A DNA stretch of 64,000 nt from a virus (lineage: Duplodnaviria > Caudoviricetes). Shown piece after piece: positions 28,475 through 36,317 of the stretch. The position numbers and the translations under genes are program-made. Every line of letters starts with the position of its first letter. Within the stretch, counting starts at the first letter, position 1. The stretch covers positions 6,131 to 70,130 of IMG/VR virus record IMGVR_UViG_2597489885_000001. One strand, given 5' to 3'. The notes beneath the pieces are model-generated. The model searched no databases and was not told where the DNA came from. It saw only the letters and a program-made list of their open reading frames with translations.

Positions 28475-28981
28475 ATGGCTAAGCAGGTAATTCAGCTCGG
28501 TACAGCGCCCACCGGTGTGGGCGGCGACACTCCGCGCAGTGCCAACATTAAAATCAACTCCAACTTTGACGAGCTGTACGCGGCTGATGCGGTGAACTAC
28601 AAGAAGGGCAACATTGTTGGCCCTGTCTCGCAAAGCGGCGGGGTTCCCACCGGCGCGATCATAGAGTCTGGAAATGGGGTGAACGGGCGGTACGTGCGCT
28701 GGGCTGACGGGACCCAGCACTGCTGGATCACCATGAACTACTACACAGCGATCGATGCCCCGCAGATGGGTGTGTATGTGTCTGGATGGATTACCTGGAG
28801 TTTCCAGGCTCCCTTCATCGCCCGGCCGAATGTGCTCATCACTGCTCGCGACGACACGTTCCTTTTCGGCTCAAGCGTAAGCGGGACCACTGCGGGGGAG
28901 GTCGTGAGGTTTGCATCGGCAACCCCGCTTGCGGCGGGCGCAAAGCTTGCGACTCTTTTTGCCGTTGGGAGGTGGTTCTGA
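28475..28981 (+). CDS. Short tail-fibre-like protein
   Basis: G.GGDTPRSAN.KIN.NF.ELY N-terminus; NGRYVRWADGTQ.CW C-domain. Confidence 0.75.
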   Translation: MAKQVIQLGTAPTGVGGDTPRSANIKINSNFDELYAADAVNYKKGNIVGPVSQSGGVPTGAIIESGNGVNGRYVRWADGTQHCWITMNYYTAIDAPQMGVYVSGWITWSFQAPFIARPNVLITARDDTFLFGSSVSGTTAGEVVRFASATPLAAGAKLATLFAVGRWF

Positions 28982-29691
28982 TGATTATCAAACTCTGTCC
29001 ACAGCGCGGCGATGAGCCGTACAACGTGGTGAAGGATGGCAACACGCTGACGATCAACGGGGCTCTTTTCGATTTCTCGAGGATCAAGCCGGGCGACACG
29101 CTGCCCGGTGAAGCTGTTGACTCAATGTGGTTCAAGCCCGGCCCGGTCGAGATGATCGACAGTGAGCTGGTGGTCACACTGCGTTTCCCATTCCCTGCGA
29201 ACTTCAGCCATGAGCAGATGTTTCCGCGAGACCTGATTGCTGTACCGGACGGGAAGGTTGCATTCCCTGAGCCGCTGCCAGGTGGCGAGCCCGTGGCTGT
29301 AGATGACACGTCGACACCATCAGTTGGGCAGATTGATTGGTCCCAGCTGGTCACCGCAGAAATGAAGGCAGCGGAGGCCCTGGCGGAGCGTCTGGCTGAA
29401 TCTAAGGCGCAGCTGGCTGCAAGAAACGCCACGGCCGCGGCGCAGATCGACCGCATCACTGATCGGATCGAAACCCTTGGCTACGGTATCGAGGCCGGCG
29501 AAGCCACGCCAGAGGACGCCGCCGAGCAGGCCGCCCTGGCTGTGAACCTGAAAACCTGGAAGGCCTACAAGTTTGCCCTGGGCAAAGTCACCGCCCAGAC
29601 GACCTGGCCGGCCGCGCCGGTCTGGCCCGTAGAGCCACCTATCCCTGAAATCATCGCCGCCCCGATGTTTGCCGACGAAGAAATGGCCTGA
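28981..29691 (+). CDS. Tail fibre assembly chaperone
   Basis: W..Y...L.KV..Q..WP..P.WP.EP C-terminal motif. Confidence 0.75.
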   Translation: MIIKLCPQRGDEPYNVVKDGNTLTINGALFDFSRIKPGDTLPGEAVDSMWFKPGPVEMIDSELVVTLRFPFPANFSHEQMFPRDLIAVPDGKVAFPEPLPGGEPVAVDDTSTPSVGQIDWSQLVTAEMKAAEALAERLAESKAQLAARNATAAAQIDRITDRIETLGYGIEAGEATPEDAAEQAALAVNLKTWKAYKFALGKVTAQTTWPAAPVWPVEPPIPEIIAAPMFADEEMA

Positions 29692-29749
29692 CCCATACCG
29701 AACGAAAGCGCCCGCCTTGAGCGGGCTTTTTATTGCCTGGAGAAAAGTG

Positions 29750-30175
29750 ATGACTGCAACCGAGAAAGACCGAGACATCCTCGCACGCACGCTGTGGGGT
29801 GAGGCCCGCGGCGAGGGTTTGGCCGGCCAGATCGCCGTGGCCTGGACGATCCGCAACCGCGTGAACGACGGGAAGACCAAGTCCTGGTGGGGTGAGGGTT
29901 ATGTCGGCGTGTGCCAGGCGCCGTACCAGTTCAGCTGCTGGAACAAGAACGACCCGAACTTTCCGTTCCTCAGCGGCGCCAAGCCGATTCCGGCCGGCCA
30001 GTTCGCCCAGGCCCTGCGTGCTGCTGATCAGGTGATCGCCGGCGCAGTGCCTGACCCCACCGACGGCGCTACGCATTACTACGCGACCACCATGGCCAAG
30101 GCCCCGGCCTGGGCGGCGAAGGCCAAGCAAACGGTGCGCATCGGGCAGCACGTCTTCTTCAAGGACGTGCCGTGA
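29750..30175 (+). CDS. Endolysin (SleB/Hydrolase_2 cell-wall hydrolase)
   Basis: LARTLWGEARGEG...VAW.I.NRV...YQFSCWN...DPT.GATHYY. Confidence 0.9.
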   Translation: MTATEKDRDILARTLWGEARGEGLAGQIAVAWTIRNRVNDGKTKSWWGEGYVGVCQAPYQFSCWNKNDPNFPFLSGAKPIPAGQFAQALRAADQVIAGAVPDPTDGATHYYATTMAKAPAWAAKAKQTVRIGQHVFFKDVP

Positions 30176-30546
30176 TGACGCCGGCGCAGAAACTGATCGG
30201 CTGGCTGGTGCTGGCCGGCCTGCTGATTGCCTCCGGCGCCGGGCTGGGGGCCTGGCTTGCTGCTGGTCACTACCGGCCGTTGCTCGACGCCGCCCAGGAT
30301 GACCTGGCCACCACCAAGGCCGGCCGGGCCAGCCTGGAAGCGCTGGTGGTGGAGCAGGGCAGGAAGCTCGGCGATCTGGTGCTGGCCGGTCAGGAGCGGG
30401 AGCAGCGCGCCGCCCAGGCCCAGGCCGACGCCCGGGAGCTAGCCAAGACCGACTATGCCGCGGCAAACCGTCTGCTGCAGGAGCGAACCGGTGGCGACCA
30501 GTGCGCGGCCGCCACGGCTATTATCGATCAGGAGCTTGGATTATGA
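30172..30546 (+). CDS. i-spanin (Rz-like)
   Basis: N-terminal TM plus coiled coil, after the endolysin. Confidence 0.8.
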   Translation: MMTPAQKLIGWLVLAGLLIASGAGLGAWLAAGHYRPLLDAAQDDLATTKAGRASLEALVVEQGRKLGDLVLAGQEREQRAAQAQADARELAKTDYAAANRLLQERTGGDQCAAATAIIDQELGL

Positions 30547-30800
30547 AGTTGCTGCTGTTGGGGTTTGTGGTGCTGCTGGCGGGATGCGCGGGCCGGGAGG
30601 CGGAGGTGCGCACTGTGCGAGTTGAGGTGCCCGTGCAGGTGCCGTGCCGGACGCAGGAGGTGGCGGTGCCACCTTGGGCAACTGCTGGCCTGAAGAAGGT
30701 CGACAGCCTGGAGCTGAAGGTGCGGGCGCTGCTGGCAGAGCGTCGGCAGCGCATCGCTTACGAGCGCGAGCTGGTTGCTGTAATGGGTGCCTGTAGGTAG
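30543..30800 (+). CDS. o-spanin (Rz1-like lipoprotein)
   Basis: Lipobox LAGC, VEVPVQVPC. Confidence 0.85.
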   Translation: MKLLLLGFVVLLAGCAGREAEVRTVRVEVPVQVPCRTQEVAVPPWATAGLKKVDSLELKVRALLAERRQRIAYERELVAVMGACR

Positions 30801-30809
30801 TTCCAAAAT

Positions 30810-30915
30810 CTGTCTAAAACTAGCTCAACCTATCCCGGTTTTGCTGGCTTAAAACCGCATCAAATGGCATGAGAGTTTTAGACAGGAAAACTCTGAAAGC
30901 CACGTAATACGTGGC
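30810..30915. repeat. Candidate att-arm sites at the prophage right end
   Basis: Perfect 12-bp inverted repeat CTGTCTAAAACT (30810-30821)/AGTTTTAGACAG (30874-30885); palindrome GCCACGTA-A-TACGTGGC (30899-30915). Confidence 0.55.
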
Positions 30916-30922
30916 GTATGCA

Positions 30923-30988
30923 CTACTCAAGCCCATACTGCTGCATCATCGGCGTGTGGGAGGACAGATCGGTGAGCGCTTTATTCAT
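30923..30988 (-). pseudogene. mutS: 5' fragment of mutS interrupted by the prophage (att junction)
   Basis: Minus strand translates MNKALTDLSSHTPMMQQY-GLE*; the first 18 aa match the Pseudomonas MutS N-terminus (HTPMMQQYW); divergent from prtR as in mutS-cinA loci. Confidence 0.9.
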
Positions 30989-31124
30989 CGGGTCGTCAGG
31001 TTGATTCGTTGAAAGGGTGGGCAAAAGCAGAGGGCATGGGCCCGGCTTTTTCGCGATGGGCGCAAGGTTACCATGGGCGGTCCGACCTTCGCAGGGATGA
31101 ACCCGGCTGGATTTCGGGTGTTTT

Positions 31125-31184
31125 ATGCATGAATATGCATTTTAGCATTTGTCATCGGCGAAAATAACCCGCAATATGCGCGTT
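31125..31184 (+). promoter_or_regulatory. Putative prtR promoter (leaderless) and ATGCAT operator pair
   Basis: TTGTCA (31149-54), 17 nt, CAATAT (31172-77), ATG 7 nt later with no SD; ATGCAT at 31125 and 31135. Confidence 0.55.
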
Positions 31185-31910
31185 ATGCAAAAGCGCAACG
31201 TTTCTACCGTCTTAAGAGAGCTGCTCGATCGCGATGGCATTTCCCCCACGGAACTCCATCGGCGTACCGGCGTGCCTCAATCCACCCTTTCGCGGATCCT
31301 CAGCGGCAAGATTGTCGATCCATCGGACAAACACATCTCGCGGATCGCCGAGTACTTCCAGGTGAGCACCGATCAACTGCGCGGGCGCGCGGCAGTCGCC
31401 TCTGCCCGGTCGGCCGATCCGCATTCGGAACTCAAGGACATAAGTCTGTGGGACGACGATACCCCCGTCGATGACGACGAGGTGTCGGTCCCCTTTCTTC
31501 GCGAGGTTGAATTGGCTGCGGGATCAGGAAGATTCGTCATCGAGGAAAGCGAGCGTTCCAGTCTGCGCTTCGGCAAGCGCAGCCTGCGGCACAATGGCGT
31601 GCAGTTCGACCAGGCCAAATGCGTGACGGTACGCGGCAACAGCATGTTGCCGGTGCTGCGCGACGGTGCCACGGTGGGGGTCAATGCCGGCAAATGCGGT
31701 ATCGGCGACATCATCGACGGCGACCTGTATGCCATCAACCACAACGGCCAACTGCGGGTGAAGCAGCTCTATCGCCTGCCTTCCGGCATTCGCCTGCGCA
31801 GCTTCAACCGCGACGAACATCCGGATGAGGACTACAGCTTCCAGGACATGCAGGAAGAGCAGATCGTCATCCTCGGTCACGTCTTCTGGTGGGGCATGTA
31901 CGCCCGCTAA
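31185..31910 (+). CDS. prtR: PrtR-like tailocin repressor (CI/LexA-type, S24 peptidase)
   Basis: HTH (TELHRRTGVPQSTLSRILSG), AAG cleavage site, VRGNSM catalytic Ser, RVKQL Lys; beside mutS. Confidence 0.9.
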   Translation: MQKRNVSTVLRELLDRDGISPTELHRRTGVPQSTLSRILSGKIVDPSDKHISRIAEYFQVSTDQLRGRAAVASARSADPHSELKDISLWDDDTPVDDDEVSVPFLREVELAAGSGRFVIEESERSSLRFGKRSLRHNGVQFDQAKCVTVRGNSMLPVLRDGATVGVNAGKCGIGDIIDGDLYAINHNGQLRVKQLYRLPSGIRLRSFNRDEHPDEDYSFQDMQEEQIVILGHVFWWGMYAR

Positions 31911-31927
31911 CCGCAGCCCATAACGCC

Positions 31928-31954
31928 AAAGCCCGCCATCGAGCGGGCTTTTTT
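31928..31954 (+). terminator. Intrinsic terminator
   Basis: AAAGCCCGC-catcga-GCGGGCTTTTTT. Confidence 0.85.
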
Positions 31955-32005
31955 GTGCCCGCGGAAAACCCTCCACGCCTTTATTTATGCGGACTTCATG
32001 CGCCT

Positions 32006-32070
32006 ATGCATTTCTTGCGCATAAATAAATGCATTTATGCATTGACTGTATATGCATCCATGCATATTAT
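32006..32070 (+). promoter_or_regulatory. Sigma70 promoter of the tailocin operon overlapped by five ATGCAT boxes
   Basis: TTGACT (32042-47), 17 nt, TATTAT (32065-70); ATGCAT at 32006, 32029, 32037, 32052, 32060. Confidence 0.8.
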
Positions 32071-32076
32071 TCGTTC

Positions 32077-32358
32077 CAAGCCGCCCGACAGCGGCGAGCG
32101 ACACCGCTCTTTAGTGGCAAAAGCAAAGGCAGCGATGAACCGGCCTCGACGGTTCAGAGGGTTGGCAACTGACCCGGGTGTGCAGCGTAAAGCACCGTGA
32201 ACAGTTATCCGGCGGGCAGGGACCGCGGTCGGAAAAACAATTTGAATAGACTCGTACCGCGCCAGTAGCGCCGAAAAGTCAGCTTCCTTTTTGTTCACAG
32301 GATGAAAGGAAGGCGAAGGATCGCATTCTGAAAAGCCCGGCGGATTGCCGGGCTTTTT
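32077..32358 (+). ncRNA. Putative structured 5' leader RNA ending in a terminator
   Basis: At least five hairpins, boxA-like CGCTCTTTA (32105-13), terminator AAAAGCCCGG-cggattg-CCGGGCTTTTT (32331-58). Confidence 0.5.
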
Positions 32359-32453
32359 GGAATGCCTACCTGAAGCGCACAGGCACATCAGGCTTCATCC
32401 CAGGATGGCCAATGCAAAAGGAAGGATCCGATGAACATCACAAGGCATTGCAG

Positions 32454-32642
32454 ATGTTGAAAGATTGCCGATGTGGACATTGCAAGAGACTGCTCGCCCT
32501 GATCGGCGAGTATGCAGAGCTCCAGATCAAATGCTCCCGATGCGGAACGCTGAATCATGTGAGGGCCGCGAGCCCCGAGCGATCGCCTGTGAGCGACATG
32601 AGTGCTGCTTCGGTAGCACGACCCAATCCATCACAGCCATAG
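32454..32642 (+). CDS. Com-family zinc-finger regulator (Mu Com-like)
   Basis: RCGHCKRLL...LQIKCSRCGTLN. Confidence 0.85.
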   Translation: MLKDCRCGHCKRLLALIGEYAELQIKCSRCGTLNHVRAASPERSPVSDMSAASVARPNPSQP

Positions 32643-32650
32643 GTGAACAC

Positions 32651-33232
32651 ATGAAAGTCTTGAAAAAATACGTCGCTCCCATTCTGGCCGCCGCTGTGCT
32701 GCTGGGCTCCGCAGCCAATGTCGTTGCGGCCAACCTGCTGGTCAACGGCAGCTTTGAACAGCCCGGTTGCAGTGGTAGCTGTATTCTGGATACCCCGGCA
32801 AAAACCAACTTCATTACCGGCTGGACGACATTCCTGTCCGGTGCCGAGTACTTCAACGTGCCGGCTTCGATTGGCGGCTCCGTAGCCGCGGATGGCCTGG
32901 TGATTGTTGACCTGGCGAACTATGTCTATGGCAACGGCGGGGGCATTCAACAGAACTTTGCCACTGTCGTTGGCGCCAAGTACCGACTGACGTTCAGTGC
33001 CGGTAACTCGAAGTTCGCCGGTCGTTCGGGCGACGGGGTGGTACAGGTCAAAGTGGCCGGCCAAACCGCCACTTTCAATACGCCGACCGCCAAAGGCGTT
33101 GCGATCGAGTGGAGCACCCTGACCTACGACTTCACCGCCACTACCACGCAAACGACCCTGGCGTTCTCCAACGAGCAGAATCCGTACGCCAACTTTGCCT
33201 TTATCGACAACGTCATTGTTGAACGTCTGTAA
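32651..33232 (+). CDS. Secreted DUF642/galactose-binding-like protein (cargo)
   Basis: Sec signal peptide; NLLVNGSFEQP...GW...VDL...GIQQ.FAT..GA.YRLTF...FIDNV. Confidence 0.7.
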   Translation: MKVLKKYVAPILAAAVLLGSAANVVAANLLVNGSFEQPGCSGSCILDTPAKTNFITGWTTFLSGAEYFNVPASIGGSVAADGLVIVDLANYVYGNGGGIQQNFATVVGAKYRLTFSAGNSKFAGRSGDGVVQVKVAGQTATFNTPTAKGVAIEWSTLTYDFTATTTQTTLAFSNEQNPYANFAFIDNVIVERL

Positions 33233-33334
33233 CTCCCGTTCAGCGGACTTTTCCAGGGTTGAAGACAGCGCCGGTGACTCGGTGCTGTCTTGCCCTCAAT
33301 CCCTGCACTCATCAACGCTCCCAGGAGGCGTGAC

Positions 33335-33682
33335 ATGACAAACGAGCAACAAGCGTTGCTGGACATGCCGATCTGGCTTGTCATCGTCCTCGCCCTGGTG
33401 GGCGGGGTGTCCGGCGAAATGTGGCGCGCCGACAAGGAGGGCGCCCGCGGCTGGTTGTTGCTGCGGCGCCTGGCACTGCGCTCCGGGGCCTGCGTGATCT
33501 GCGGGGTCTCGACCATCATGCTGCTGTACGCCGCCGGCGTATCGATCTGGACCGCTGGCGCCTTCGGCTGCCTGACCGCCATGGCGGGCGCTGATGTAGC
33601 CATCGGGCTCTACGAGCGCTGGGCGGCCAAGCGGCTGGGTGTGTGCGAAGTGCCGCCCAAGGATCCCCGCTCGGACTCCTGA
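33335..33682 (+). CDS. Tailocin holin
   Basis: MTNEQQALLDMPIW...GGVSGEMWRADK, 3 TM segments. Confidence 0.85.
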   Translation: MTNEQQALLDMPIWLVIVLALVGGVSGEMWRADKEGARGWLLLRRLALRSGACVICGVSTIMLLYAAGVSIWTAGAFGCLTAMAGADVAIGLYERWAAKRLGVCEVPPKDPRSDS

Positions 33683-33848
33683 ATAACCACCAAAACAGAT
33701 CGTCGATTCATTGAGTCGACGCTGCCGTGATACCCGCCTGACGCAGGACGCGTACTCGTATTGAACGAGCTCAATCGGCCCTCCCGGCAGGGAGGCGCCA
33801 GGTACGGCCCAGCGCCGTCCATCCATCCGTTTCAAACAGAGGCAAACC

Positions 33849-34613
33849 ATGATCCCAATCGACTACAACAGCTATCGCACCCTTGCGCCCTACAACAAGC
33901 GGGTGCGGTTCCTGGTGCTGCATTACACGGCCCTGAACTTCGAGGCATCGGTCAAGGCCCTGACCACCGGCGCGGCGAGCACCCATTACCTGATTCCGGC
34001 GGTGCAGGATCCGACCTATCAAGCCGCGGGTTTCCAGGAACAACGAATCTTCAACCTGGTGGCCGAAGCAGACCGCGCCTGGCATGCCGGTGTCAGTGAC
34101 TGGGCCGGTCGCAGCGGCTTGAACGACACCTCCATCGGCATCGAGATCGTCAACGAAGCCACCGACGTCAATGGTGTCTTCACCTTCCCGGATTACGAAC
34201 GCTCCCAGGTCGAGGCGCTCAAGCAGCTGGCCCTGAATATTCTCCAGCGTTATCCGGACATGTCGCCGAAAAACGTGGTGGGCCACTCCGATATCGCGGT
34301 GGGCCGCAAATCCGATCCGGGCCCCAAGCTGCCCTGGAAAGAACTCTACAAGGCCGGTATCGGCGCCTGGTACGACGAGCCGACCAAGAAGAAATACGTC
34401 CAGCAATTCCGCACTGCCGGGCTGCCCGAGCGTGCCGAAGTGCTCAAGGCCTTCGCCACCTACGGCTATGGCGTGCCGGCCCAGGCAACGGATGACTTCT
34501 TCCAGTCGCTGGTGCGGGCGTTCCAGATGCACTTCAGGCCGAAGAACTACACCGGGAAACTGGATGTGGAAACCTGCGCGATTCTTTATGCGCTGAACGA
34601 GAAGTACGCCTGA
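33849..34613 (+). CDS. N-acetylmuramoyl-L-alanine amidase (Amidase_2/AmpD-like)
   Basis: LVLHYT...STHY...RAWHAG.S...NDTSIGIEIVN...VGHSDIA..RK.DPGP; C-terminal AFQMHFRP PG-binding; no signal peptide. Confidence 0.9.
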   Translation: MIPIDYNSYRTLAPYNKRVRFLVLHYTALNFEASVKALTTGAASTHYLIPAVQDPTYQAAGFQEQRIFNLVAEADRAWHAGVSDWAGRSGLNDTSIGIEIVNEATDVNGVFTFPDYERSQVEALKQLALNILQRYPDMSPKNVVGHSDIAVGRKSDPGPKLPWKELYKAGIGAWYDEPTKKKYVQQFRTAGLPERAEVLKAFATYGYGVPAQATDDFFQSLVRAFQMHFRPKNYTGKLDVETCAILYALNEKYA

Positions 34614-34834
34614 TTCGGCGAAATCAGGGCTGAGGTCTCCATCGAAGGTGATGCCGGACCTCAGCAAAGTCTCGTGAGTCATTCGTTGCATCACCCAGCT
34701 CTTCGCGATGTCGCGCACCGATCTGGCGAGCCAGAGCCCTGCTCAAACCGACGTTCACCGCTCCTCCAGCTCGCACCACATCCGCAGCACCCCAGCGCAA
34801 TCTCAACCCTGATATCCGAACAGGAAGCCCCCCT

Positions 34835-35359
34835 ATGCCCACAGTCATCGACAAGCCGTCGCAGCTGTTTTTTGCCATTGCCGAGACCCTGCGAGGGGCG
34901 GGCCTTGGTCTCAAGGTTGGCAGTCACCAGAACTTCGATGGTCTGCTCGACCAGGCCTGGGTGCTGATGGCGATCGAGCGCGATGCCCCGGGCATGCGCA
35001 GCCAGGAAGGGCGTATCGCCCATGTCCTGACGATCTCGCTGCAAGCCGTGGCGGCTGTGGGGAGCGAGCGTTCCGGGTTCGAGGCCTGCGATCTGGCGAG
35101 CGTGCTGAAGGATCTGGCTACGGATAACCGTTGGGGCCTCCCGGCAGCGCAGTGCGACCTGCCCATGAACCTCGAGGGCCTGCCCTCGACCCTGATTCGC
35201 GGCGAGCAGCAATACGCCGCCTGGACGCTGTCGTTCACTCAGACGCTGTACCTCGGCCAGCCATTGCTGGACGACCCGACCGGCATACCGAAGTTCGCCC
35301 GCACCTGGGAAGTCTCGAATATCGATGACCCCGACCAATACCAAGCACTTGAGGGCTGA
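34835..35359 (+). CDS. Tailocin hypothetical protein (possible tail completion protein)
   Basis: First ORF of the P2-like block. Confidence 0.65.
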   Translation: MPTVIDKPSQLFFAIAETLRGAGLGLKVGSHQNFDGLLDQAWVLMAIERDAPGMRSQEGRIAHVLTISLQAVAAVGSERSGFEACDLASVLKDLATDNRWGLPAAQCDLPMNLEGLPSTLIRGEQQYAAWTLSFTQTLYLGQPLLDDPTGIPKFARTWEVSNIDDPDQYQALEG

Positions 35360-35362
35360 GCC

Positions 35363-35971
35363 ATGTTTGACGAGCTGCTGCGCATGCAGCTGGGCCCGAT
35401 CATCGAGCGACTGGCCGAAATGGAAACCGAACTCGATGACTTGCACCGGCGCGCGGAAAACCATTGCCGTATTGGCGTGTGCCAGTCGGTCGATGCGGCC
35501 AGCAACACCTGCCAGGTCAGCCACGGAGAGCTGCTGACGCCGGCAATCAGGTTCTTCAACCCCAGCGCCGGCGCGCAAAGCGAATCGCGCATTCCTTCCG
35601 TGGGCGAGCAGTGCCTGCTGCTCAACTACGGTGGCGGCGACGGCGGGGCCCAGTCGGTGGCGCTGTTCGGCCTCAACTGCGACCGCTTTCCACCGGTGTC
35701 GACCCTGGCCGCGCTGACCCGCCGCCAATACGCCGATGGCACCCAAAGCAGTTATGACGATGCCGGCCATGTCTTGAACTGGAGCAACGGCCCGACCGCG
35801 CTCACTGCCTCCCGCGAGGCGGTCGAGTTGAGCATCGGTCCTGCCCGGCTGGCGATGAGGCCCGAGGCGATCGAGCTGCGGCTGGGTGCGGTGGGCATCT
35901 TGCTCGACAGTGCCGGCATTCACTTCAGCGGCCCCTTGGTGGAGCACCAGGGCCGCGTTATCAGTCCTTGA
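35363..35971 (+). CDS. Baseplate spike (P2 V-like)
   Basis: RIGVC..VD...PSVGEQ.LL...G...YADG. Confidence 0.85.
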   Translation: MFDELLRMQLGPIIERLAEMETELDDLHRRAENHCRIGVCQSVDAASNTCQVSHGELLTPAIRFFNPSAGAQSESRIPSVGEQCLLLNYGGGDGGAQSVALFGLNCDRFPPVSTLAALTRRQYADGTQSSYDDAGHVLNWSNGPTALTASREAVELSIGPARLAMRPEAIELRLGAVGILLDSAGIHFSGPLVEHQGRVISP

Positions 35972-35984
35972 TAAGAGGCTTCCC

Positions 35985-36317
35985 ATGATTGGAGTCGATA
36001 GAAACACCGGTGCCGTGGTCGATGACTGGCTGCAGTTCGTGCAGCGCGCGACCCGTGCCCTGACCACGCCGTTGGGCACCCGGCAGAAGCGCCCTTTATA
36101 CGGCTCGTTGATTCCCGACCTGCTGGGCCAGAACCTCGGCGACGACCTGCTGATCCTCGCCCAGAGCCATGCCGCGCAGGCGTTCTACAACGAGCAGAAC
36201 GGCATCGGCGATTTCGAGCCGCAGGTCATAGTCGCCAGCCGGCGCGGCGCCGGGCTGCTGTTGCGTTTCGCCGGCACCTGGAAAAACCGCCAACAGACGT
36301 TCGAGGTCGTGACATGA
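35985..36317 (+). CDS. Baseplate wedge (P2 W-like)
   Basis: MIGVDRNTG...LTTPLGTR..RP.YGS.IPDL. Confidence 0.85.
   Translation: MIGVDRNTGAVVDDWLQFVQRATRALTTPLGTRQKRPLYGSLIPDLLGQNLGDDLLILAQSHAAQAFYNEQNGIGDFEPQVIVASRRGAGLLLRFAGTWKNRQQTFEVVT

Larger units (their letters stand above)
1..30940 (+). mobile_element. Lambdoid (HK97-head, lambda-tail) prophage, right part; left end outside the window
   Basis: Colinear replication-Q-packaging-head-tail-lysis gene order; ends where the interrupted mutS 5' fragment begins. Confidence 0.95.

Noticed and set aside
32046-32061. LexA SOS box CTGTATATGCATCCAT
   Set aside because: Left half is perfect but the right half lacks CAG; better explained by the ATGCAT operator array, though weak LexA binding is not excluded
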